From Candidatus Aminicenantes bacterium (GTDB lineage Bacteria; Acidobacteriota; Aminicenantia; Aminicenantales; Saccharicenantaceae), in contig PNJE01000075.1 in assembly GCA_002877915.1 (NCBI GenBank), positions 1-60,792 on the forward strand: a DNA stretch of 60,792 nt. The letters are read 5' to 3'. Made by a program: the position numbers and the translations under genes. The notes below the pieces were generated by a model. That model did no database searches and had not been told where the DNA came from. It saw nothing but the letters and a program-made list of their open reading frames with translations. This document shows positions 49,206 to 57,868 of the stretch, piece after piece. Position 1 is the first letter of the stretch. Each line of letters opens with the position of its first letter.

Positions 49206-52200
49206 TCATTTGACTATCTTCCCCGGTCGGCCCCTTTCCCTGGTCAGCGGGAAGAAAGGACCCTGGGTGCCGGAAGTAGCGATCACCCGATTATAACAAT
49301 CAAGAGCCTCAACCCGGTAGGTATAGGTTTGGCCCTTGTCTAAATATTTATCAATGTAAACCAAGCGACCATAACTGAAATCAGCCTCAGTAAATTCTTT
49401 CCTCAATTCATCAGTTCCACCATTGGCTTTTCGCCACAACCTATACTTAGCAACGGTAAAGGGAGCTTCCTTATTTACGACAATAGTCAGCCGACCATAA
49501 TCCCGGCTAATAATCCAGGCTTTCTCCGTGCGGCGCTCTACTTCCAGGGAAATAGTAATTACCGGAATAAAACCGGTCCCTGAAACATTGAAAGAAGCCG
49601 TGGGATTATCAGCATCGTTACTGAGAAGGTTAAAAGTAGCTTCGACTGCTCCGACGTTAGAAGGGGCAAATCTGATGGTTATAATTTTTGAGCTAAAAGC
49701 CGGCACGGTAAAAGGAAACGCTGGCCCAATGTAGATAAAATCACTGGAACCTGAAGCCCGGGAAATTGAACTGACGGTTAAATCGCCTCCGCCATCATTA
49801 TATACAATCGTTGCGCCATCAGCCTGGCTGCAGACATTGACATTTCCAAAAGAAATGCCGGCTATTGGCACCCGCAACTTGGGCTTATTTTCGGGAGTGG
49901 TAACTGAAGCTTCGTTAGAATAATCAGAATCACCAGCTTGATTATAAGCTCTAACCCGATAATAATAGTTCGTCAACTCAGTAACACTCCCATCAAGATA
50001 GCGAGTGACATTAGCCCCAACAGTAGCTGCCTGGTTCCAGGTTCCGCCTGCTCCGGTTTTCCTCTCAATCTTAAATCCATCTTCGTTATAGGAATTATCA
50101 GTCCAGCTCAGGCTTACCTGGCTGGCGGAAACAGCTTGGGCCTGAAGATTACTCGGGGCCAAAGGAATCGTCAGAGCAGGAGTGGTTACAGTAACTTCAT
50201 TGGAAGAAGCCGAATCACCGCTGCCGCTAAAAGCAAACACTCGGTAGCTGTAGGTCGTGGTTTCAATCACGCTGGTATCAGAGTAAGAAGTTACATTAGC
50301 GGCCAGGGTCGTCAGAGTAGTCCAGTTCCCACTTCCAATTTTTCTTTCTATCCGGAAGCCGGTTTCTCCACTGGAATTGTCATTCCAGGTCAAATCAATC
50401 TGGCGTTCATTTATGACCTTAGCCACCAAATTGCTGGGGGCAGCTGGCCTGGTCAAGACACTCAATTCATTAGAATAAAGGGAATCACCGATATCGTTAT
50501 AAGCTCTTACCCGGTAATAATAAGTAGTGGCTTCGGTCAGACCCGTATTTTTATAGGCGGTAATATTGGCCCCAACCAAGGCTATCTGATTCCAGCTTCC
50601 TGGCACTCCGGTTTTTCTTTCAATTTTAAAACCATCCTCGTTATTTGATTTATCATCCCAGGCCAGATTGGCTTCAGTATCAGTAACATTTACCAGACGT
50701 AAATTTTGTGGAGCCAGCGGGGGAAGCTTTCCATAGATTCTGGTAATAAAGGCATCCTCAATCAGATAACCAATTCCACCGCCAGGATTTAGAAAAGGAC
50801 CATTTAAAGTTGGAAAATCAGCCGAACGGGTAAAACCAGCCACATAAATATTGCCAGCGCCGTCAGCAGCCACTCCGTTGGCTTCCTCCAAATCGGAGCC
50901 ACCCAGAAAACTTGAATAATAATACCCCTGCCCATCGGCCCGCAGGACACAGACAAAGGCATCGCGATTCCCATGATAAGTCAGAAAAGGGCCGCCAGTT
51001 ACCGGAAAATTAGCCGACTCGGTTGCCCCCACCAGATAAACGAGACCGGCAGCATCAACCGCTATCGAAGTCCCAAAATCATCCGCCGAACCACCAACAT
51101 AGCCGCAGAAAAGCAGGGCCGTACTGGTTGGATTGATTTTAGCTACAAAGGCATCGGAGCCACCATTATAACTGACATCCGGTCCAACAGTAGCCGGGAA
51201 ATTAGTCGCCGAAAGAGTAGCCCCAGTTATATAGGCATTTCCTGAGCTATCAACTGCAATACTTGAACCATAATCGTCCGAACTCCCACCTATATAACCG
51301 CAATACAACAAAGAAGCCCCAGAAGTATCAACCTTAGCCACAAAAGCATCCAACCCACCAGATTGAGTCAGCTTGGGGCCATTCTTAACTGGAAATTGGT
51401 TGGCCGGTGTAGAGGCAGTATACCCGGTTACATAAGCATTCCCAGCCGAATCCACGGCGATAGAACTTCCAATATCATCCCTCGTTCCACCGATAAATCC
51501 GCTCCAATCCACTTGGGAACCAGAAGCAGCTATTCTTAAGACAAAGGCATCTTTAAGACCGCCAGATCGAAGAAAAGGACCCGTTTTGGTAGGGAAATCA
51601 GAAGATTCGGTCGTGCCACAGACATAGGCTCGACCAGAGCTATCAACCGCCACCCCGTTAGCCTGATCTGCTAAGCTCCCGCCCAGATACCCACTGTATA
51701 TCAAGGCGGTGCCATCAGCATTAATTTTGGTGATGAAGCCATTGCCATATTGAGTGATATTTCCATTAGCGTTAGTGAATGGTCCAACCACCACTGGAAA
51801 GTCCGGCGATTTGGTAAACCCACAGACATAAGCATTACCCGAACTATCAACGGAAATACTATTGCCAGAATCATCAAAACTTCCGCCAAGATACCCGCAA
51901 TAAATAAGACCTGTGCCTGAAGGATTAATCTTGGCCACAAAAGCATCTGTTCCCAAAGCTGGACCATTAAAAGTTGGGTCAGGACCAACAGATACTGGAA
52001 AGTCATAAGAAGCCGTCCAGCCAGTGAGATAAGCATTCCCAGCACTATCAATAGCCACCGCCAGCCCTCGGTCATTGGATGAACCGCCGAGATAGCCGCT
52101 ATAAATCAAAATGGCCGGATCAAGGTATAACGGCCGCTCTGGATCATAAGCTCCGAACTTAAAAGTATAAGTGACCGAAAGCCAGCCCGACGGCTCCCTT

Positions 52201-53075
52201 TTTTGCTCCAGTATTTTATAGCTCACCGGAATATAAATTTTTTGCCCATTTTTAATCTGATAGGCAAACGGCCGGTCATCCACGAAATTGCCAGCAGGAG
52301 TTTGAATTTCAAGCTGCCCCTCTGCATTTAAATAAATTCCTGAAATTCCTTCATATTTTAAACGAAGGCAGGAAAGATCGGCTCCTGGTTCAATAAAAAA
52401 TTCAGATTTAAGAGAATTTTGATCTCCGGCTAAATTCAGGTTAATTCCAGGCCACAGGCGAGGATAAGAAATTTTGGAATAAGTAGGAATTCCGACCAAC
52501 CAGTGATCTGGAGAACCACGGAAATAGGAAATCTTCGCTTGGGCTTTCTCCAGCCCAATGGGCGTGACCTCAGGATTAGCTCCCACAAGGGACAGCTTGA
52601 CCACCCAGCGATTCCAGTCATCGGCCGATTGATAATTATAAATATTTTTCCAACCGGCTCTATTTATATTTGCTTTTTCTTTACTCTTTATAAGCTTAAC
52701 TGCAGGGGCTTCAGCCATTGTCAATCTGGTAGCCCAAAGGGTATTATTGGATTCTATAGACTCGGTTTTTCTAATGTGATTCAGGGCAATAATCAGTCCT
52801 TCTCTATTGAAATAAATATTCTTATCGCGCCCCTGAAGATAAAAGTCCACTGGTCCATTTAGCTGGCCAAGATTCGGAATAAAATAAAGCGGCCAGGTTA
52901 TTACATTTTTCTGGAGAAACTCTATCGACTGGATTTTTCCCAATTCAAATTGGTTTAAACCTGGCCCCGAAAAATTGCCTTGAAGCGGCAAGAGTGGAAG
53001 GAAGCCACCAACTGAGATTAGGGTTCCCAAAAATAAGATAAAAATGAAAAAGCTTCGGCCAGGCTTAGATTTCAT
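49206..53075 (-). CDS. Large surface/secreted protein: SBBP beta-propeller, 3x FN3, ASH/Ig-like domain
   Basis: Seven GYxGGxxxD..IAVDxxGNAYxxGxT repeats, three PxAPxNL..WxDNSxNExGFxIERK repeats and an ISFGNV Ig-like domain; signal peptide. Confidence 0.85.
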   Translation of the reverse strand: MKSKPGRSFFIFILFLGTLISVGGFLPLLPLQGNFSGPGLNQFELGKIQSIEFLQKNVITWPLYFIPNLGQLNGPVDFYLQGRDKNIYFNREGLIIALNHIRKTESIESNNTLWATRLTMAEAPAVKLIKSKEKANINRAGWKNIYNYQSADDWNRWVVKLSLVGANPEVTPIGLEKAQAKISYFRGSPDHWLVGIPTYSKISYPRLWPGINLNLAGDQNSLKSEFFIEPGADLSCLRLKYEGISGIYLNAEGQLEIQTPAGNFVDDRPFAYQIKNGQKIYIPVSYKILEQKREPSGWLSVTYTFKFGAYDPERPLYLDPAILIYSGYLGGSSNDRGLAVAIDSAGNAYLTGWTASYDFPVSVGPDPTFNGPALGTDAFVAKINPSGTGLIYCGYLGGSFDDSGNSISVDSSGNAYVCGFTKSPDFPVVVGPFTNANGNITQYGNGFITKINADGTALIYSGYLGGSLADQANGVAVDSSGRAYVCGTTESSDFPTKTGPFLRSGGLKDAFVLRIAASGSQVDWSGFIGGTRDDIGSSIAVDSAGNAYVTGYTASTPANQFPVKNGPKLTQSGGLDAFVAKVDTSGASLLYCGYIGGSSDDYGSSIAVDSSGNAYITGATLSATNFPATVGPDVSYNGGSDAFVAKINPTSTALLFCGYVGGSADDFGTSIAVDAAGLVYLVGATESANFPVTGGPFLTYHGNRDAFVCVLRADGQGYYYSSFLGGSDLEEANGVAADGAGNIYVAGFTRSADFPTLNGPFLNPGGGIGYLIEDAFITRIYGKLPPLAPQNLRLVNVTDTEANLAWDDKSNNEDGFKIERKTGVPGSWNQIALVGANITAYKNTGLTEATTYYYRVRAYNDIGDSLYSNELSVLTRPAAPSNLVAKVINERQIDLTWNDNSSGETGFRIERKIGSGNWTTLTTLAANVTSYSDTSVIETTTYSYRVFAFSGSGDSASSNEVTVTTPALTIPLAPSNLQAQAVSASQVSLSWTDNSYNEDGFKIERKTGAGGTWNQAATVGANVTRYLDGSVTELTNYYYRVRAYNQAGDSDYSNEASVTTPENKPKLRVPIAGISFGNVNVCSQADGATIVYNDGGGDLTVSSISRASGSSDFIYIGPAFPFTVPAFSSKIITIRFAPSNVGAVEATFNLLSNDADNPTASFNVSGTGFIPVITISLEVERRTEKAWIISRDYGRLTIVVNKEAPFTVAKYRLWRKANGGTDELRKEFTEADFSYGRLVYIDKYLDKGQTYTYRVEALDCYNRVIATSGTQGPFFPLTRERGRPGKIVK

Positions 53076-53216
53076 CTCTATTCCCCTTTTTCAATTTTTC
53101 AGCCTCTAAAATTATTTTATTTCTTTTTTTAAAATAACAATTGTTACCCTTTAAAGTCAAATAAGCCAGATTTAAGATAGCCAAAACAATTTTTTTATTT
53201 TTCTTCCTTAGAAGTC

Positions 53217-53250
53217 TTGACAGAATTAAGTTATAAATATAACTTAATTC
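53217..53250 (+). promoter_or_regulatory. mgtA promoter overlapped by a perfect 13-bp inverted repeat (putative operator)
   Basis: TTGACA at 53217-53222 and TAACTT at 17-bp spacing; GAATTAAGTTATA-AA-TATAACTTAATTC at 53223-53250. Confidence 0.7.
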
Positions 53251-53306
53251 AGAAAAGCATTACTGTTGATCGCAACTGGAGTTTTTCTCCGGGAGGCAGT
53301 AAAAAA

Positions 53307-53402
53307 ATGAGTGATTCGGATGGAAGTTATAGTAGCCAGACTCATCCGGGTTCAGGATTAGAACCTGCCGGCTGGGGGCCGAGCTGTCCCAGCTGTTTTT
53401 GA
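53307..53402 (+). CDS. Putative leader peptide (uORF) of mgtA
   Basis: GGGAGG RBS at 53291-53296; 31 aa MSDSDGSYSSQTHPGSGLEPAGWGPSCPSCF with 4 Pro, located in the ~200-nt leader. Confidence 0.4.
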   Translation: MSDSDGSYSSQTHPGSGLEPAGWGPSCPSCF

Positions 53403-53411
53403 TTTTGGGGG

Positions 53412-53465
53412 CAGTCACCTCCAGCCAGAAAGATATTGGAAGCCTGGCTTGTGCGGAGGTGGCTG
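53412..53465 (+). promoter_or_regulatory. Shine-Dalgarno-sequestering hairpin of mgtA
   Basis: CAGTCACCTCC (53412-53422) pairs with GGAGGTGGCTG (53455-53465; 10 WC + 1 GU); inner AGCCAG/CTGGCT stem. Confidence 0.6.
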
Positions 53466-56144
53466 TTGGAGACCAATAAAATTCAGAAGAAGTTAAGATT
53501 TCCAGGGCGGGAAGCCAAGAACCAGAATACCCTTAGAACTGATCTCCTTAAATTTAGTGAGCCCGAGCAACGTCTGATAGAGCTTTGCACCATTCCGCTG
53601 GAACAGGCTTTCTCCCAGCTGGAAACTTCAGCCAAAGGGTTGACTCCAGAGGAAGTCGAACACCGCCTGGATGAATATGGCCCCAATGAGCTTTCCCAGA
53701 AAAAACACTTAAGTTTCTGGGCTGATATGCTCCGCCGGCTGAAGAGCCCGCTGGTCATTCAGCTTTTAGCCATCGCCTTTATTTCAGCCCTGATTGGCGA
53801 AATAAAATCAAGCCTTATTGTCTCGGCGATGGTTATTTTAAGTGTCGGGCTTTCCTATGTTCTTGATAGGCGCTCTTACTTGGCAGTCGAATCCCTGGGA
53901 AAAAGAGTCCAGTCTCGAACGTTAGTGATAAGAGGTGGCCTTGAGACAGAAGTAAAAATTTCAGAAGTAGTCCCGGGCGATATAGTTGTTCTTCATGCTG
54001 GCTCGATAGTTCCAGCTGACCTTCGCTTAATTTCGGCCAAAGATTTCTTTGTTAGCGAATCATCTTTAACCGGTGAATCAATGCCGGTGGAAAAAACCGC
54101 TTCTGGCCCGACAGCTCCTACACCATCAGCTATAGAATTGCCCAACGCCTGCTTTCTGGGAACCTTTGTTACCAGTGGTACTGCCCGCGGGCTGGTCATT
54201 AATACCGGTCAAAAAACTCTATTCGGCGCTATTTCAGAAAGGCTGACCGAAGAGCCGCCCGAAACCAGCTTCGATCGAGGAGTGCGCAAATTTACCTGGT
54301 TGATGATTCGCTTTATGGTGATAATGGTTCTGGCTGTCTTCATGATCGTTGGCTTGACTAAGGGCAACTGGTTGGAAGCTCTGCTTTTTGGCATCTCGAT
54401 TGCTGTTGGCTTAACGCCAGAAATGCTTCCCATGATTATTACCGTTAATCTGGCTAAGGGAGCCCTTTCGATGGCTAAGAAAAAGGTCATTGTTAAAAGG
54501 CTTCCAGCTATTCAGAATTTTGGGGCAATTAATGTTTTATGCACAGATAAAACCGGGACCTTGACCCAGGATCGAGTGGTATTAGAAAAGCATGTTGATA
54601 TTCTCGGGAATCCCAGCGAGGATGTGCTGAATTACGCTTATCTTAATAGCTACTTCCAGACAGGGCTTAGAAACCTTATCGACCGAGCTATTCTGGAGTA
54701 TGAGGAGCTGGAGGTAGAACAGAATTGCCGGCTGGTGGATGAACTACCTTTCGATTTTCAGCGGCGGCGAATGTCGGTAGTAGTAGACTATGAAGGAAAC
54801 CACGTGCTTATCTGCAAGGGGGCGGTGGAAGAAATTTATTCTTGCTGCACCAGCTATCAGATCGGTGATGAAGTTTATCCACTTATAGATATGATTCGAG
54901 CTGATCTTTTTGAGGAAGTGGAACAGCTCAATCGGAATGGTTTCCGGGTGCTGGGCATCGCCTACCGGGAATTTCCGCGGACGAAAACTGTTTTCAGTGT
55001 TCAGGACGAAAGCCAGCTTATCCTTCTTGGCTACATTGCTTTCTTTGATCCGCCAAAAAGCTCCGCCTCAGAAGCGGTCAAGCTGCTTAAAAAGGCCGGA
55101 GTAAAAGTAAAAGTCTTGACCGGTGATAATGGCCTGGTAACCGAAAAAATTTGCCATGAGGTTGGAATTGAAATAGATGGAATGATCAGCGGCTCAGATC
55201 TGGCTAAGCTAACAGGGGATAATTTTCTAAAAGCAGTCGAAAGCAATAATGTCTTTGTCAAGCTGAGTCCAGCTCAAAAGGAGGAAATTGTCGAGGCGAT
55301 GCGCCAGAATGGCCACGTGGTTGGCTTCCTGGGCGATGGCATTAATGATGCTCCCGCTCTTAAGGCGGCTGATGTCGGCATTTCGGTTGACTCAGCGGTA
55401 GATGTGGCTAAGGAGTCGGCCGATATAATCCTTTTAGTAAAAAGTCTGTTAGTTCTGGAAGAAGGGATTATCGAGGGGCGCCGGGTTTTTGCTAACATTA
55501 TTAAATATATTCAGATGGCCGCCAGCTCCAATTTTGGCAATATGTTCAGCGTCGTTGGGGCCAGCTACCTGCTTCCTTTTCTGCCGATGAGACCGATTCA
55601 AATTTTAACCAATAATCTTCTTTATGATTTTTCCCAGACTGGAATTCCAACCGACCGGGTGGATGAAGAACTCATCGCCAAACCCAGGCGATGGGACATC
55701 ACCAGTATCAAGAATTTTATGGTGCTTATCGGCCCGGTAAGCTCAATCTTTGATTATGCCACTTTTGGCTTGATGTGGTTCTTTTTTCACTGTCGGGCTT
55801 ATGTCAACCCGGCAATTGCCGCCAGCCAGAAAGAATTCTTGGTCAGGCTTTTCCAGACTGGCTGGTTTGTTGAATCACTGTTAACCCAGACGATGATTGT
55901 CCATATAATCAGAACAAAAAGAATACCGTTTATCCAGAGCCGGCCCTCTTCTCACCTGCTGATGACTACCCTGATTATTATGAGCATTGGAGCCTGGTTA
56001 CCCTACTCCCCCTTTGCCAGTTCGCTTGGAATGGTGCCCTTGCCGGCGATTTACTGGGTCTGGATTGCCGGTTTTCTTTTGAGCTATTCTATTCTGGCCC
56101 ACCTGGTTAAAACCTGGTTTTATAAACATTTTGGAGGTGACTGA
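53466..56144 (+). CDS. mgtA: Magnesium-translocating P-type ATPase (type IIIB)
   Basis: TGES, TPEMLP, DKTGTLT, GDGINDAP, SSNFGN, NNLLYD and QTGWFVES; TTG 53466 after GGAGGT. Confidence 0.93.
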   Translation: METNKIQKKLRFPGREAKNQNTLRTDLLKFSEPEQRLIELCTIPLEQAFSQLETSAKGLTPEEVEHRLDEYGPNELSQKKHLSFWADMLRRLKSPLVIQLLAIAFISALIGEIKSSLIVSAMVILSVGLSYVLDRRSYLAVESLGKRVQSRTLVIRGGLETEVKISEVVPGDIVVLHAGSIVPADLRLISAKDFFVSESSLTGESMPVEKTASGPTAPTPSAIELPNACFLGTFVTSGTARGLVINTGQKTLFGAISERLTEEPPETSFDRGVRKFTWLMIRFMVIMVLAVFMIVGLTKGNWLEALLFGISIAVGLTPEMLPMIITVNLAKGALSMAKKKVIVKRLPAIQNFGAINVLCTDKTGTLTQDRVVLEKHVDILGNPSEDVLNYAYLNSYFQTGLRNLIDRAILEYEELEVEQNCRLVDELPFDFQRRRMSVVVDYEGNHVLICKGAVEEIYSCCTSYQIGDEVYPLIDMIRADLFEEVEQLNRNGFRVLGIAYREFPRTKTVFSVQDESQLILLGYIAFFDPPKSSASEAVKLLKKAGVKVKVLTGDNGLVTEKICHEVGIEIDGMISGSDLAKLTGDNFLKAVESNNVFVKLSPAQKEEIVEAMRQNGHVVGFLGDGINDAPALKAADVGISVDSAVDVAKESADIILLVKSLLVLEEGIIEGRRVFANIIKYIQMAASSNFGNMFSVVGASYLLPFLPMRPIQILTNNLLYDFSQTGIPTDRVDEELIAKPRRWDITSIKNFMVLIGPVSSIFDYATFGLMWFFFHCRAYVNPAIAASQKEFLVRLFQTGWFVESLLTQTMIVHIIRTKRIPFIQSRPSSHLLMTTLIIMSIGAWLPYSPFASSLGMVPLPAIYWVWIAGFLLSYSILAHLVKTWFYKHFGGD

Positions 56145-56941
56145 TGGATACTTTGCTCGATGCTTTGCAGGAAGGACGCCTTTTCGAACTGCCGGAAAAT
56201 GATAAAACCCACGCCCTCCAATTCCTGGCCCACGTAATTGAAGCTTTTCCAGAGACTCCAGCCGGGACTGATGTGGTCGGATTGGTCCTGAAAAGAGAAG
56301 AAGCCGCCAATACCGGCCTGGGCAAAGGCTGGGCCTGCCCCCATGCCCGGGTTCCTTATGAAGAAGACTTAATGTGTGTCATTGGCTGGAGCCCGGTCGG
56401 AATTGATTACGGAGCTCCCGATAATCAGCCTGTTTCTATCATCGTAATGCATGTTGTTCCTGATAACCAGCGGAGCCATTACCTTAGAGAAATATCAATT
56501 TTAGCCAAAGCTCTTAGCCTCTATAAGGACGTAGAAAAAATTCACCAGGCGAAGAATCTTGACGATGTCCGTCTTTATCTTTTGGAAATGATTGAAACCA
56601 CCAAGATGGCCGCTGGCCCGGATGCCCGAGCCAGAATGATTAGTCTCCAGACAAAAGCAGCCGCTCCTACGTTTCCCCTGCCCGAACTGACCAATCTGCT
56701 GGTTGAGCCAATTACTGTGGTGGCTGGGCCGGGCTTAAAACCGGTAGTTCTTTCTCAGAATCCGGCGTTGGCTGACCAGTTAGAATCCTTGCCTGACTTG
56801 GTAGAAAAGCTGGAAGCCGAGGGCGTATATCAAAACGGTGGCTGGCGGATAATGCGCCGCAGCGTTACTTCCTACCAGCGGGGACGGGTAGTTTATGACT
56901 GCCTGGCTATTAAGATTATCGCTGGCAGTTCTATAAAATAG
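56144..56941 (+). CDS. PTS EIIA (Fru/Ntr-type)-domain protein with C-terminal extension
   Basis: REE..NTGLGKGWACPHAR (phospho-His motif), GIDYGAPDNQPV and HYLR..S.LA; TGATG-coupled to mgtA. Confidence 0.85.
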   Translation: MDTLLDALQEGRLFELPENDKTHALQFLAHVIEAFPETPAGTDVVGLVLKREEAANTGLGKGWACPHARVPYEEDLMCVIGWSPVGIDYGAPDNQPVSIIVMHVVPDNQRSHYLREISILAKALSLYKDVEKIHQAKNLDDVRLYLLEMIETTKMAAGPDARARMISLQTKAAAPTFPLPELTNLLVEPITVVAGPGLKPVVLSQNPALADQLESLPDLVEKLEAEGVYQNGGWRIMRRSVTSYQRGRVVYDCLAIKIIAGSSIK

Positions 56942-57015
56942 AATATAAAATAAAAATGGGTTATCGTATTAATGTCTGGGTTTTTATTTTTATAACCTGA
57001 TGATTCTTTCGAAAG

Positions 57016-57651
57016 GTGTTAGCCATTAGAAAAAATAGTTTATCAATTTTTCTGCTATGGTTGTTTAATGGCCTCCTGATAGCAGCAGGCTGGATAATGG
57101 TGGCCTATGCTTATCCCCGGCTTCCAGCCAGAATCCCTTACTGGCTTAATCTGGCCGGAAGCAGCCTGGTTAAGCTTCCGAAAACTGGCTGGTTTTTTCT
57201 ATATCCACTTTTCCAGACAATATTCATCTTAACTTTCTGGTTAGTTAGCCAGGTCTGGATAAAAAGGCCAGAATTCTTTTCGCCAAAAATAAAAAAAGAA
57301 AAAGAATTCCCCTCGAACGATGAAGATAAAATAATCACCCCAAAAATTGAACAGCCGGAAAAATTAGAGCAAATCATCGCTGGCCAGAATATTAGAAACG
57401 AACCAATAGAAATTTCTTCTGAGTTAGCCAAAGGACTTCGAAACCTGAAAATGGAAAATGTGCTGCTGAATATGATTTTCATCAACCTGATATTTATTCA
57501 CCTCCAACGTGGCCTCATCTGGCTGGCTCACGGCCTTAGCCCGGCAGTTAATAAGCCCTATCTCTTTTCGCTTTTCATCGTCATCCTACTGCTCATTCCC
57601 TATTACCGCTTCCGCCGTTCTCTATTATTAAAAATGTCAGAGCATCAATGA
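57016..57651 (+). CDS. DUF1648-like membrane protein
   Basis: TM-YPRLPARIPYW..G pattern, further TM helices and a charged internal loop; GTG start. Confidence 0.65.
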   Translation: MLAIRKNSLSIFLLWLFNGLLIAAGWIMVAYAYPRLPARIPYWLNLAGSSLVKLPKTGWFFLYPLFQTIFILTFWLVSQVWIKRPEFFSPKIKKEKEFPSNDEDKIITPKIEQPEKLEQIIAGQNIRNEPIEISSELAKGLRNLKMENVLLNMIFINLIFIHLQRGLIWLAHGLSPAVNKPYLFSLFIVILLLIPYYRFRRSLLLKMSEHQ

Positions 57652-57868
57652 GAACAACGGACTTTTACTCTGGCGCTCAGAAAAACAAATCGATTAAAAA
57701 AACACTATCAGGAATCCTTATCCAGAAGCTCGGAGAAAGTTCCGAGGACCCAAAGTTCGACTTATGAATCTATTTTCAAGCCCCTTTTTAATTTTAATAA
57801 GACTGAGATAAGACCAAAAAGCAGTCAGGACTTTTTAGCTTCGGCCAATCTTAAACCAGTTCATAAAA

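Noticed and set aside
53251-53465. M-box (ykoK) or yybP-ykoY riboswitch upstream of mgtA
   Set aside because: I could not find their conserved sequence motifs by eye; an Rfam/Infernal scan would settle it. Reported instead as a candidate attenuator.
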